This document shows, piece after piece, positions 19,295-29,366 of a DNA stretch of 64,000 bases. The DNA is from a virus: the IMG/VR virus record IMGVR_UViG_3300028030_000005, positions 33,646 through 97,645 of that record; one strand, given 5' to 3'. Made by a program: the position numbers and the translations under genes. How positions within the stretch are numbered: the first letter of the stretch is position 1; each line of letters starts with the position of its first letter. Under the pieces are notes generated by a model. The model searched no databases. It was not told the DNA's origin and was given only the letters and a program-made list of their open reading frames with translations.

Positions 19295-20071
19295 TTACAA
19301 ACTTGTTATTACCATTCCATCGTATTTAGCTTCAAGCTCATCCTTCATTCGCTTTAAATCATCGACATATCCTGTTACACGAGCACCGTATCCAGCATTT
19401 GTTGCAGACGATGTTGTCGATATACTTTGACTCAGTCCGTCGATTCCGATACTCTGACTTGCTATTCCAGCACCTAAGATTATATCTCCTAATTGATGAA
19501 ATATGTTTATCGATGCTAACTTGCCTGCAAAGTCAAGAATGTCGTCAGGCAACTTTTCAAAACTCGTACAATATTTTGCTGTCCAATAATTTGGAATTGT
19601 AGGTTGTCCAAACCATCCAGTATGTGGAGTTATTCCACTGAACACAACGCTATTGTGAGTCACTGCTCCAGCTGTAGGAACAATGTAAATTGCTCGGTGG
19701 AATCCGTGTCCATCCGATGTTTTTTTTGCAGAGAGCCATTCAGTTGGAAATTTGATTTGTTCTACGTTACCGAGAAATCCGGTTAGACTGATTGGCTTAA
19801 CTACTGGATAACTCGTTTGTAGTAGTCCCCAGTGTTTGTAGTCTTGTAGATTGTAATTTAGTGTTTCCTCAATTATCTGTTTTTTAACCTTTAAATTCAA
19901 CCATCCTTCAACATTTTCAATTGCTGCATTGATATAGAATTGAATTTTTTCAGGCGACATAATATTGCCAGAAGGGTCTTTGATAGGTATTCCAAAAAAA
20001 TACCTATCAACCAACTCCTCTGCCGATATTGCTGTTTTGTTTTTTTCAAACTTAATTGAGTATCGTGTCAT
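19295..20071 (-). CDS. Head-tail adaptor protein
   Basis: YFFGIPI, GAGIASQSIGIDGLSQSISTTSSA...YGAR: conserved adaptor C-terminus. Confidence 0.75.
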   Translation of the reverse strand: MTRYSIKFEKNKTAISAEELVDRYFFGIPIKDPSGNIMSPEKIQFYINAAIENVEGWLNLKVKKQIIEETLNYNLQDYKHWGLLQTSYPVVKPISLTGFLGNVEQIKFPTEWLSAKKTSDGHGFHRAIYIVPTAGAVTHNSVVFSGITPHTGWFGQPTIPNYWTAKYCTSFEKLPDDILDFAGKLASINIFHQLGDIILGAGIASQSIGIDGLSQSISTTSSATNAGYGARVTGYVDDLKRMKDELEAKYDGMVITSL

Positions 20072-20072
20072 T

Positions 20073-20618
20073 TTATTCTTTTGTTAGAATACTGATTGCA
20101 AAATCAATCAATGCCGGTTTACCGTCTTTACCTTTGAATTCAGGCTTATTGATTTCAGCTTCGTCAACACCTGCTTCAACTAACATTTCACGAATCTCAG
20201 GCATTGTCATTGCTTGAAGTTCTTTTTTAACTTCGTTATTGTCGGTAGATTCGCTTGTAATGTCGTTACTATCTTGTGGTTCAACTGCCTGTTTCCCATC
20301 CGGTTCGGGATGTGGTGGTGGAGTTGCTGTAGTTGTTTGTGGTTCGAGCGGCTTTACTTCGTCAGATTTTGTTTCAGGCAATTCCGGTTCTTTGTTGATT
20401 TCATCGATATTTTCGTCCTTTGAAGTACCAGTGGTTTCGTCCGGAATAACCGGTTCTTGTGACTCGACGAATACTAATGAATACGATGCATTGACCAACT
20501 TTTGTGCTTGGTCATCCGGCAACTCTGCGATGCCATTTTCATCAAATTTAATTTTCCCAAATGATGTCGAACGCTCTTTTCCTCGTTCGTGCAAATGTAA
20601 TGTTCTAATCTTTGCCAT
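20073..20618 (-). CDS. Acidic protein downstream of major capsid
   Basis: 181 aa with low-complexity P/T/E middle and helical C-terminus; conserved position. Confidence 0.55.
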   Translation of the reverse strand: MAKIRTLHLHERGKERSTSFGKIKFDENGIAELPDDQAQKLVNASYSLVFVESQEPVIPDETTGTSKDENIDEINKEPELPETKSDEVKPLEPQTTTATPPPHPEPDGKQAVEPQDSNDITSESTDNNEVKKELQAMTMPEIREMLVEAGVDEAEINKPEFKGKDGKPALIDFAISILTKE

Positions 20619-20680
20619 TTTACTGTTTTTTTGAATTAATGTTTTGTGAATCTAAATATACGAAAAATATCTAATATAAC

Positions 20681-20711
20681 AAAAGCCCACACATTTCTGT
20701 GTAGGCTTTTT
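20681..20711 (-). terminator. Rho-independent terminator after major capsid gene
   Basis: aaaagcc-cacaca/tgtgta-ggctttt hairpin with T-tract. Confidence 0.75.
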
Positions 20712-20733
20712 GAGAATACAAAAGAGACCGGGT

Positions 20734-22257
20734 TTAGAAATTTCGTCCGATATTTACAAATCTTATCATCTTGCTTGGCGCATAAACGATAGGAGTACCG
20801 TACAATAATACCATAAAACGGTCGGCAGGGCTTAATTTTGCAAGCGGCATTTTCATAAGCGGAGCTAATTGTTTGAATTCAATAACATCTGTATCTCCTT
20901 GTAACAATAATGCTTCCTCAGTTCCAGGCAACCAACGGTTTCTGTCACGTACTTTACCAGCTGCTGCTCCATCCACTCCATTTGCTAACGAACCACGTTT
21001 TGTATCAGTTCCTGCTGCAGGAACGACCATAATCGGATACATTGTGGTTTTGTTAAATGGTGTTGACGGGTCTTTTAATGAGCGATATACAACATATGCG
21101 TTCGGTGTGTAAGCACCTGCAGTTGCTGTAAATGTCAAATCGACACTATCGTCAGCATTTGCGATGGTTACTGTGTTGCCTACTTGCGTCATTGCACTTT
21201 CGCCATATCGGTTAATTGCAGATACTGCATAGTAGTAATCGCCGATTCCGTCAGCAAATTTGCTGTGTCCGTCATTTGCTACTACATCAGCTGATACTGC
21301 TGTAGGTGCAGAAGGTGCTTTGGATGAGCTTGCCGGAGCTACTGAAAGTTTGCCAGGTGCTTTTGCTGCAAAAATGTCGTATTCGAAATCAATCAAACCG
21401 TACATTGATTGGAATTTACTGATGTGCTGACCAGTGGTCATTCCTTTAGTATTAGCATTTTGACTTCCACCAATCATTACGCGTTGTTTAGCGTAGAATT
21501 CGGTTGCAAAGTCAGATAATACTACAGGCGGCGCAATCAATAAGTTCGCTTGGGCAAATTTGTTCAATAATGTTTGAGCCCCTTTCTCAAGGTTTTCTTG
21601 TTTCAAGACACTTCCTCGCAGGTCAATCACTAACTCAGAATCCATATATTCATCTAAGTTGGCAAATTGGTCGTTGTTCATATGCTGCGCATATAAGCCG
21701 TTCCACTCTTGCTTAACGACTTTTTCATCACCGGTAAATAAAGCTCTATCCGCTTTTCTTAAAATCCACAAGATTCCGTTAGTAGTTTCTCTACGAACGA
21801 TATCTCCGACGTTGGTATTTACGAGCTGCATTTGATGTGTGACGGATTTGGTAACACCCAAATACTTCACGTGTTCAGCTTTACGAACGTATTTAGAATC
21901 CTCTTCTTCCGGCAATTCGCCTTCGTTATTGAATCCTCCACGGTCGCTACCGTAGCTCGTTAATTGGTTGTACTCCTCAACAGTGTTAAACGCTGCTGTT
22001 TTCGGGAAACGTTTCCAGAAGCGAATATCGCTTTCTTTAAACGTAATAAGTTTCAAAGAGCTTTCCAAACTCTCTGTTTTCAATGCACCACCATTGGTTT
22101 GATTTCCGGACATATCTCCACCTTGAAGCTGTCCAGCTTCAAGCGCTTTTGATAATTCAGCAAGTTGGTCTGCCGTTAAATTGGCTTGTCCCATTGCTGC
22201 TCCGTCAAATCCTGCACCGTGTTGGTAGTCTGCAAGATTTACTGAAAGATTTTCCAT
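20734..22257 (-). CDS. Major capsid protein (Herelleviridae-like)
   Basis: ELSKALEAG, GGALKTESLESSLK, VEEY, FN3-like insert (YYYAVSAINRYGES), LAPLMKMPLA; followed by a terminator. Confidence 0.92.
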   Translation of the reverse strand: MENLSVNLADYQHGAGFDGAAMGQANLTADQLAELSKALEAGQLQGGDMSGNQTNGGALKTESLESSLKLITFKESDIRFWKRFPKTAAFNTVEEYNQLTSYGSDRGGFNNEGELPEEEDSKYVRKAEHVKYLGVTKSVTHQMQLVNTNVGDIVRRETTNGILWILRKADRALFTGDEKVVKQEWNGLYAQHMNNDQFANLDEYMDSELVIDLRGSVLKQENLEKGAQTLLNKFAQANLLIAPPVVLSDFATEFYAKQRVMIGGSQNANTKGMTTGQHISKFQSMYGLIDFEYDIFAAKAPGKLSVAPASSSKAPSAPTAVSADVVANDGHSKFADGIGDYYYAVSAINRYGESAMTQVGNTVTIANADDSVDLTFTATAGAYTPNAYVVYRSLKDPSTPFNKTTMYPIMVVPAAGTDTKRGSLANGVDGAAAGKVRDRNRWLPGTEEALLLQGDTDVIEFKQLAPLMKMPLAKLSPADRFMVLLYGTPIVYAPSKMIRFVNIGRNF

Positions 22258-22321
22258 TGTAATAATTAATTTTTGTTTTTAAATTCCGTCCTCTCTTTTC
22301 TTACACAATCTTTCAATATTT

Positions 22322-23755
22322 TTACTTCACTAATGTGATGCCTAATTGTTGAGCTTTAGCAATTAAATTTTTACCAACTGCACCGGCTTGCTCAAACATC
22401 ATAATTTCAGATGCTACAACTTTATCAGTAATTCCTTCGTCGGTTGTAATTGCTTTTGTCAATGTGTCGAGAATCTGTCTTTTATCTTTTGTGACCGACA
22501 AAACGTTTCCGGCTGGCTTTTTGTTCAAATCGTCATCAAAAGATTTTTCAACATAACTCTTTGTAGTGACACTTTTTCGTTGAACGGGCTGAGATTCGAT
22601 ACTGTCTAATCTTTCATTCAAATCACTGATTTGGTCCATCAATGATTTTTGAATCGTTCCTACAGCTTCGAATTTCTCATCAAGTTCGTCGTGAAGGTGC
22701 TCGTTATGTTCTTTTAACAATACACCAATTCCTTTGAGCAATTTACTTGAATCCACTTCACCATCAGAAATATCTTTCGATGCAATTTGTCCTTTCAAAA
22801 CTTCGATTTCAGCTAACGCTTTTTCTAATTTTTGTTCAACAACAGAAGCTACGTCCGTTGCTTGTTCAGTATTTACATCAGCTCCTACTTCAGTAGTGGC
22901 TGTATCGTCCGGAGTTTGTTCTGTTGTAGCAGCCTCTGCTGGTTCGTCAGTTAATTCTAACGCTTGTAATGCTTTTTCAATTGCTTCCTCAGAAACTTCT
23001 TTGATGGTTTTTTTATCTTTTGCCATATTGATTGATTTTTCAATTTTTAATGTAAGTTCGTATAATTTTTCGGCACCTACAATTGATATATGTGGTAAAT
23101 CTCGGAAAATTTTTTCAAAGAATGCACCTTTAGAAAAAGTTTTTTTAACTCCCTCTATCAAATCCTCCTTTGCTAATGCACGTCCGCTTGCTGATTCTGC
23201 CGACAGCGCTTTTTCACGAGTTTCGTCGTCCATATTTTCGTATGCCGATAATTTATTAAAATTATGTGATTTGATAATTTCTGTTACTGTATCACTATTT
23301 TTGGGGTTTGGAGTGATTGCACATCCTGTAATTCTTGCTTCAAGCACTTTCGCAGGATTGTCTTTATCTCGTTTTAAAACTTCTCCTTCGATAGATAATC
23401 CGAGAGCCATCCCTTGTGCTTCAAGTAATTTTTGAAGTTCGTAAATCTGTTGTGCTTTAACACTATCTGGAAATAAGTAGAATTCAATAACCAACTGCCC
23501 TTTACTGTTTACTTTTGCAGATATAGGTCGTCCAACTAATGCGAGTGGGTCTTTATTGGTTTGATGATTCCAGTTCATATATCCGTACTTCAAAAAGTAC
23601 GAGACATCAAATCCTTTCGGGTCAAGATATTCTCCGTCCGCATCCAACGAAGGTGTTGATGCGATTCCTCGCATTTTCATCACCTTAGAATTGCCTTCAC
23701 CTGCTTTTACCAGGTGTAGTGTTGCGTTAAACTTTATCGTTGAATTGCTCGTCAT
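22322..23755 (-). CDS. Prohead protease fused to scaffold-like coiled-coil region
   Basis: GIASTPSLDADGE, NWNH, GLSIEG, CAITPNPKN (HK97-like protease), then an acidic coiled-coil C-terminus. Confidence 0.88.
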   Translation of the reverse strand: MTSNSTIKFNATLHLVKAGEGNSKVMKMRGIASTPSLDADGEYLDPKGFDVSYFLKYGYMNWNHQTNKDPLALVGRPISAKVNSKGQLVIEFYLFPDSVKAQQIYELQKLLEAQGMALGLSIEGEVLKRDKDNPAKVLEARITGCAITPNPKNSDTVTEIIKSHNFNKLSAYENMDDETREKALSAESASGRALAKEDLIEGVKKTFSKGAFFEKIFRDLPHISIVGAEKLYELTLKIEKSINMAKDKKTIKEVSEEAIEKALQALELTDEPAEAATTEQTPDDTATTEVGADVNTEQATDVASVVEQKLEKALAEIEVLKGQIASKDISDGEVDSSKLLKGIGVLLKEHNEHLHDELDEKFEAVGTIQKSLMDQISDLNERLDSIESQPVQRKSVTTKSYVEKSFDDDLNKKPAGNVLSVTKDKRQILDTLTKAITTDEGITDKVVASEIMMFEQAGAVGKNLIAKAQQLGITLVK

Positions 23756-24296
23756 AACTTTCGTCTAAAAACCACTTATTCAATCTCTGCTTCAATACCT
23801 TCAATACAAACGATGTTTCTGTTAATCCTAATTTGTCGAGATTTTCAAAAACACTTATCAATAGTTGAACAATAATCATATTGAATACTGCATAAAATAG
23901 CCATTTGTGTATATTGATATCGAAATCAAAGACTTCAGGAGTTGGCAGATGTTTTGCAAATATATTCAATACTCCTAATATAACTGTATATGCCCCTATC
24001 TTTATAATCATTCTACCGAATTTCCTCGATTGAATTTTTTGACCTTGTTTCAGAGATGCCATTATGCCGGTCACAAACTCTCCTACAAGTAAAATTATAA
24101 ATGCTACGTAAACCAATGCTGTCACACCTATATACTCCTCTATTAATGTTGCTAAATAACCGGTCAGTGTGATTAGCAACACTCCAAAAGCAGATAGGTG
24201 CTTATAGTGAAATGTGCTATTTAGAAAATCGTCTATATTTCTATATCCGAATCCTTGTAACCAATAGGTTACCCAGTATATAACACTATTAATCAT
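23727..24296 (-). CDS. Holin-like membrane protein
   Basis: Multiple TM helices; EFVTGI...IQSRKF...K...ISVFENL pattern of the phage holin 4 family. Confidence 0.65.
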   Translation of the reverse strand: MINSVIYWVTYWLQGFGYRNIDDFLNSTFHYKHLSAFGVLLITLTGYLATLIEEYIGVTALVYVAFIILLVGEFVTGIMASLKQGQKIQSRKFGRMIIKIGAYTVILGVLNIFAKHLPTPEVFDFDINIHKWLFYAVFNMIIVQLLISVFENLDKLGLTETSFVLKVLKQRLNKWFLDESYDEQFNDKV

Positions 24297-24298
24297 AT

Positions 24299-24601
24299 TT
24301 ATTGTGAAGGTGTTGTTGCGGTTACAATCTCTGTAGCATCATCCTCATTAATGTCTATCACCGTTAATGATAAATTCAAGTCTTGTGCTACTTTTTTCAT
24401 TGTTTGCCAATCAAAATCCATTTCTTGAAATCCTAAACCAGCAATAATTGCATTGTCGTCGCGAACAATCTCCATATTGGTAAATTTCGTGTCAAATCCT
24501 TCGGTGGCTAATTCGTCGTTGGTTGCGAATATATCAACCTTTACTTCCGCTCTTACTTCGGGAGTTACTCCGTTTGCTGATTTATAAACTAATGTTTTCA
24601 T
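24299..24601 (-). CDS. Hypothetical virion-associated protein
   Basis: 100-aa ORF in head module, preceded by a TATATTTG promoter-like box. Confidence 0.5.
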   Translation of the reverse strand: MKTLVYKSANGVTPEVRAEVKVDIFATNDELATEGFDTKFTNMEIVRDDNAIIAGLGFQEMDFDWQTMKKVAQDLNLSLTVIDINEDDATEIVTATTPSQ

Positions 24602-24644
24602 ATGCTAATGTTTTTACTTGACAAATATACAAAATTATTCTCGG

Positions 24645-24824
24645 TCACCAAACCGGTTGCTTCAATAATTCAATTTCAATTTGCGCTTCAATCGCTTCTG
24701 TACGAAGTCTTATCAGCTCAGCTTTACATTTTTCGTACTTTTCTGCTGCTTTAATTAGCTGTAAATTGCGCTTTTTTAGTTCCATTCTCGCTGGACATAT
24801 CCAGTTTTTAATTTTTTCAATCAT
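24645..24824 (-). CDS. Small coiled-coil protein (59 aa)
   Basis: Hand-read ORF MIEKIKNWICPARMELKK...LLKQPVW with ATGA overlap. Confidence 0.45.
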   Translation of the reverse strand: MIEKIKNWICPARMELKKRNLQLIKAAEKYEKCKAELIRLRTEAIEAQIEIELLKQPVW

Positions 24825-25786
24825 ATCTCTGTTGTTTTTCCGTTTACAGTTACTTTTACTTTACTACGTCTTTTAACTTTTCGAGTCCATTTTGTCTTAT
24901 CGTGAACAAATTGACTACCGTCCCAATACCATTCTCCTGTTTTTAATCCTTCTAACGTAAATCCATTTGGTACGTCCATTAGCGTACATCTGCAGTAGGG
25001 ATGTGTCGGTCCCACTACCGGTTTTAGCTCTTTTACCTTTCGACCTACATTAGTGCCATTTTGTTTCAGGTCATATAATTTGAATAATATTGGTTGCGAA
25101 CCCACCCCTGCTGTTGTGTATAATCTTTGACAGTGCGGACACGCACCTGCATATACATCTTTATAAACTAATGCATCTGCTCCTTTCTTTCGTTGTACCA
25201 TCATTGCCCTACCTTCATCAAATGCTGTGTGCATTACGTAGTCAGAGATTCTTGCTAAATCACGATTCCATTGTTGTGTTTTCTTTCCTATTGTTGACGT
25301 TACTTCTGTCACTGACTTTCTATCTGCAATTGCTTTTGCAGCTGCGTCAGTGACGAGTTTACTGTGCTTTACAGTATGTCGTTTTTTATCTGCAAATACT
25401 AATTCATCTGCAATTTGAGACTTGATTCGATTCGTTAATCGTGTAACGTCGTTATATGTTTGAGACTTAATGTTTTTCAGAGCAGCTCTTTCTAATGGAT
25501 TCAACTTAAACATTTTGCCAGAGCTGATATATTGTTTAAGCTGCTTGTAGTCCATATTCATCACAGCAGCTTTCCCTAATGCTTCTGACAACAATCCAAA
25601 CTTGAATGCGTGTTCAACGACACTTGTATCTTTCGCAATCGATTTATAGTTTATTCCTGCGTTTGTTAAGATAGATTTATCTTTTGATGATAGTACTTCT
25701 GTTCCTACATTATAAGCAATGAAGGTTAGTGTGTATCTATCTAAAATAGACAATAACTCTTGTATTTGATTTGGATTTAGAATCAT
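24821..25786 (-). CDS. MuF / gp7-like minor head protein
   Basis: RDLARI...G, CPHC and HPYCRC C-terminal MuF motifs. Confidence 0.8.
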   Translation of the reverse strand: MILNPNQIQELLSILDRYTLTFIAYNVGTEVLSSKDKSILTNAGINYKSIAKDTSVVEHAFKFGLLSEALGKAAVMNMDYKQLKQYISSGKMFKLNPLERAALKNIKSQTYNDVTRLTNRIKSQIADELVFADKKRHTVKHSKLVTDAAAKAIADRKSVTEVTSTIGKKTQQWNRDLARISDYVMHTAFDEGRAMMVQRKKGADALVYKDVYAGACPHCQRLYTTAGVGSQPILFKLYDLKQNGTNVGRKVKELKPVVGPTHPYCRCTLMDVPNGFTLEGLKTGEWYWDGSQFVHDKTKWTRKVKRRSKVKVTVNGKTTEI

Positions 25787-26001
25787 AATTTATCTAACTC
25801 ATCTAATACAATGTAGTAGAAAGAATACATTTCGTATTCCAACAACACGTCTGCAAGATTATCCAGAACTACCTCCTGAGAAAATTGTGTGTTGTTTATT
25901 TTTAGCCATTGTCTGAATTCAGACATCGACATATCGCTTAACAATAATCGTGGGTCTGTTTGCAATTTAGCAGCTTTATTATTTATTTGCTCAACTGTCA
26001 T
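25783..26001 (-). CDS. Hypothetical protein
   Basis: 72-aa ORF with coupled start/stop overlaps. Confidence 0.5.
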   Translation of the reverse strand: MTVEQINNKAAKLQTDPRLLLSDMSMSEFRQWLKINNTQFSQEVVLDNLADVLLEYEMYSFYYIVLDELDKL

Positions 26002-26516
26002 TGTATCTCAGATATCGTGATTAAATCATCGCCGTCACCATTACTTTCTTGATACCAGTTATCTATCACTTCCTCTAAGCTATCAGCGCCCCACTCGTCT
26101 AATAAATCATCAATCTCATCCTGGCTATATCCTTGAAATCTGTTATGCAATAAGTGTTGAATCACATCACTCCCTCTCCCAATATAAACTTCATTGCCTT
26201 CTCCAGGACCGTATCTTTCGTAAGGAGTTATTGTGATTGCATACGTTTTGTTCAAATCAATGTCTTTAACTGATTTAACGTCCTTTAAACCTTTGGTTGA
26301 TGGCGCTCGATTAATGTTTTTAGCACTATATAACTCTTTTTTAGATATTGATTTCGGTTTTTTGTCTTTTTTAACAGGAACCCACTTACCTTCTGCAACC
26401 TTCTTAAATCCACGAGAAACGGTTCCTATAGGAACCTTTCTCCCCTTCTCTATGTTACCTAAAGTAGATATCTGCTTTACTACAGATTCTTTATGATGTT
26501 TAATAGTATTATCCAT
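25998..26516 (-). CDS. Putative internal head protein with IEK|G-PIGT leader
   Basis: N-terminus LGNIEKGRKVPIGTV...EGKWVPVKKDKKPKSIS shared with 27668-28141. Confidence 0.6.
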   Translation of the reverse strand: MDNTIKHHKESVVKQISTLGNIEKGRKVPIGTVSRGFKKVAEGKWVPVKKDKKPKSISKKELYSAKNINRAPSTKGLKDVKSVKDIDLNKTYAITITPYERYGPGEGNEVYIGRGSDVIQHLLHNRFQGYSQDEIDDLLDEWGADSLEEVIDNWYQESNGDGDDLITISEIQ

Positions 26517-26628
26517 TTTTAGACTGTTTTTTACGTTTTACTAATTCAATTCCTATCATTTTTTTATAAATACCGTCGTCCATACTACGATATGCTGTTA
26601 ATAATTGTTGTGTTGTGTATTTTTCCAT
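26509..26628 (-). CDS. Small hypothetical protein (39 aa)
   Basis: Hand-read ORF MEKYTTQQLLTAYRS... fills the gap. Confidence 0.35.
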   Translation of the reverse strand: MEKYTTQQLLTAYRSMDDGIYKKMIGIELVKRKKQSKNG

Positions 26629-26640
26629 AACTTTTTGATT

Positions 26641-27663
26641 TTATGCCATCATTGCTACAGCAACTTCTTTCCAATCTAAATTCGAACCAGATTCTGTTAC
26701 TTTTTTCTTGATTAGTGCTATTTGTCCTAATGTTCGCGCATTCAAATCGCCTATATCGATTTTGTCAGAAATCTCTTCTAAGAAGTCGATTGCTGCTTCT
26801 CTATCATCAGCACTAACCTGAATCGGATTGCCGTGATTGTCTTGAAACGGCATCTTGTGAATGAACGTTCTCATTCGCTCGATTGTTTCTTTTGGAGTCA
26901 TTGAAAGGTCGATTGTTAGTGAGCGCGACCTTAGTGGCTGCGGCATTTCTTTTGCTGATAAATTGCTGATGAATATTACCTTTCCTGCGAATGTGAACCT
27001 TTGTGGAATTGGCTCTCCGTCAGAATCCTTAATTTTCTTTGCAGAACCATACGAAATTGTACCATCTCCTGTAGTATCTAACGCTCCTTTCAAAATATTA
27101 ATTGATGTTGGGTCCTCCAGTACACTATCACAATCGTCAAATATTAATAACTTACCATTATGTTCGTACAACGCTTTGTATAGTGCTGTCGGAGTTGATT
27201 TTCCTGTGATTTTGATATAATCATAGCTATCAGAACCAGGCAAGTGTATGTCCTCGAGATATTCTTGTAGGTTGTGACGTTTCAGCGATTGTGTGACTGT
27301 GTACGTCTTTCCTACACCACCTATACCATATGAAATTGCACTTTTACCAAGTCCATCGATTACCATATCGATAAACAACTCATAACTTTGCCAACGTTCG
27401 TGTACTCCTACAGGCGGTAATTTACTGACTGCTTTATCAAGTTCTTGTAGCTCTTTTTCTACTGAGTCATCTTTCGATTGATTATTCGAAGGTAGTGGTG
27501 AGTGATATTTCCATCCTTGTGCTGTTTTGATGAACATTCCATTCGGACGCTTTTTGATAGTTCCTATAGGTAGTGCGCGTGCTTTTTCAATAACATTACC
27601 AATATTTGACTTCACAATATTGTTAATTACTTGTTGTTTATGTTTTCTTATAATATCGTCCAT
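26641..27663 (-). CDS. AAA+ ATPase with IEK|A-PIGT leader
   Basis: Walker A GIGGVGKT, Walker B LIFDDCD, sensor FISN, arginine finger LRSRS; N-terminal IEKARALPIGTI. Confidence 0.8.
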   Translation of the reverse strand: MDDIIRKHKQQVINNIVKSNIGNVIEKARALPIGTIKKRPNGMFIKTAQGWKYHSPLPSNNQSKDDSVEKELQELDKAVSKLPPVGVHERWQSYELFIDMVIDGLGKSAISYGIGGVGKTYTVTQSLKRHNLQEYLEDIHLPGSDSYDYIKITGKSTPTALYKALYEHNGKLLIFDDCDSVLEDPTSINILKGALDTTGDGTISYGSAKKIKDSDGEPIPQRFTFAGKVIFISNLSAKEMPQPLRSRSLTIDLSMTPKETIERMRTFIHKMPFQDNHGNPIQVSADDREAAIDFLEEISDKIDIGDLNARTLGQIALIKKKVTESGSNLDWKEVAVAMMA

Positions 27664-27667
27664 TATT

Positions 27668-28141
27668 CTAAATTTTCTTTTTTATAATTATAGCTGGCAT
27701 TTCGGTTCCGTACGCTCTACCCCTACCAGCTGTTTGAATCGTTATCGTTTCCCATACATCGAATCCTAATTTTTTAGCATAGTTTTTTATCTTTTTGTAT
27801 TTTGGATTATTTAAGAAAATAGTAACAGTTAATATATTTTTATTTTTCCCACTAAAAAGTTTTTTGTAATGGCCGCTATACAACTTCCCGTATTCTTTTA
27901 TTTTACTCCAATCTTGATTTAGTATTTCTTTATTTCGAGTTTGGATATCGTCGAGAGTGTCTTCTACAGATATTGATTTTGGTTTTTTGTCTTTTTTAAC
28001 AGGAACCCACTTACCTTCTGCAATTTTCTTTAAACCATTATGAACTGTTCCTATAGGCACTTTTCGTCCTTTCTCAATATCGTTCCCTAACGACATAATT
28101 TGTTGAGTTATTGCTAACCTATGTTTTTGAATGTTATCCAT
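27668..28141 (-). CDS. Putative internal head protein with IEK|G-PIGT leader
   Basis: LGNDIEKGRKVPIGTV...EGKWVPVKKDKKPKSIS; C-terminus unrelated to 25998-26516. Confidence 0.6.
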   Translation of the reverse strand: MDNIQKHRLAITQQIMSLGNDIEKGRKVPIGTVHNGLKKIAEGKWVPVKKDKKPKSISVEDTLDDIQTRNKEILNQDWSKIKEYGKLYSGHYKKLFSGKNKNILTVTIFLNNPKYKKIKNYAKKLGFDVWETITIQTAGRGRAYGTEMPAIIIKKKI

Positions 28142-28968
28142 TACTGCTTGATTTTCAAAGTTCCATTATCGTTCCACAAAGCTCCTACTGGCAATCCACT
28201 ATCTGATGTCGGCAATTCCGGCATAATTATCTTTGGAGTGTTGAATGTTAGATGCTTAGCTCCTCCCATCATTATCCCTTCAATGATAGATTTGAGTCCA
28301 TCTGTTTGGTCAGGATTTCCTATTTTAATCACACCAATTTTGTTTGGACCTGATGCAAATAGTCTATGTCCTATATACAAATTGTATGACCCTGTCTGCA
28401 ATCCGTTTCCTGCTTCATTGCCAATGGCAATATTGTGATGTCCAGTAGTTATACTTCGTAAAGTGGACACTCCTAAAGCAATGTTATGATATCCTGAGCA
28501 TCTCCATAAAGTTTCTTTTCCAATAGCAATATTGTAGTTTCCGGTTATTCTTTGTCCAGCACTATATCCAATTGCAACGTTGTGGTGTCCTGCTGTATTC
28601 ATATATAACGAATAGCTACCAAAACTCGTATTTCCGTTACCGGTTTTATTAGAATATTGAGAACCATATCCTATTGCCGTGTTATTATCTCCAGAAAGCT
28701 GTTTATTCATCGTCCAGTGACCTATGAATGTATTATATTTGTTCTTTGTTGCTATAAGGTCGGTATCAGTTGCTCCAACTATCAAATCTTTATTGTCTTC
28801 TAAACTCTGCAATCCTGTTGCGATAATTCTCCCATCATCGTTCAATGAAGGAAATTGCGAAATTATCCAGTATAACTGCTTTTTCAATTCGTCGTCAGTC
28901 TCTTGCAGTGAATACTTGCTCTTACTTATTGCTTGAATTGCTTCTAATATTACATCTATTCTTGCCAT
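28141..28968 (-). CDS. Fibre-like protein with about 14-residue N-x-A-I-G repeats (YadA-head-like beta-roll)
   Basis: NTAIG, NTSFG, NVAIG, NIAIG, NIALG, NIAIG, NLYIG repeats; C-terminal LPTSD...GALWNDNGTLKI. Confidence 0.7.
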   Translation of the reverse strand: MARIDVILEAIQAISKSKYSLQETDDELKKQLYWIISQFPSLNDDGRIIATGLQSLEDNKDLIVGATDTDLIATKNKYNTFIGHWTMNKQLSGDNNTAIGYGSQYSNKTGNGNTSFGSYSLYMNTAGHHNVAIGYSAGQRITGNYNIAIGKETLWRCSGYHNIALGVSTLRSITTGHHNIAIGNEAGNGLQTGSYNLYIGHRLFASGPNKIGVIKIGNPDQTDGLKSIIEGIMMGGAKHLTFNTPKIIMPELPTSDSGLPVGALWNDNGTLKIKQ

Positions 28969-29366
28969 TATTTAATCATTTTTAATACATCTAAATTCAA
29001 AGATAAAATTTCTTTCGGTAATTTACTCAACTCAAACCATTTCATCTGTGAGAATTCGTTATTTGGCGTTAATTTCGGTTTTTTATCGTTTGTTTTTAAA
29101 ACGAAAAACGCAACGAATGGTTTAGTCGGGTGTACAATCATTGGCAATCTCAAAGGATGTGCTATGATGCCAGCTTCCTCATATGTTTCACGAATTGCAC
29201 TTTGAAGTGGATATTCGTTTCCATCAACTCCACCTCCAGGAAAAACCCACTTTCCGTCTCGTTCATCGTTTTGTCCTACTGACATTCCAAGAAGCAGGTT
29301 GTTATCATTATCAAATACGATAGCGACTGCTGCTTTTATTTCTTGCTTAAATCCTTTGAGTATCAT
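28968..29366 (-). CDS. Nudix hydrolase
   Basis: Nudix box GGGVDGNEYPLQSAIRETYEEAGI. Confidence 0.92.
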   Translation of the reverse strand: MILKGFKQEIKAAVAIVFDNDNNLLLGMSVGQNDERDGKWVFPGGGVDGNEYPLQSAIRETYEEAGIIAHPLRLPMIVHPTKPFVAFFVLKTNDKKPKLTPNNEFSQMKWFELSKLPKEILSLNLDVLKMIK

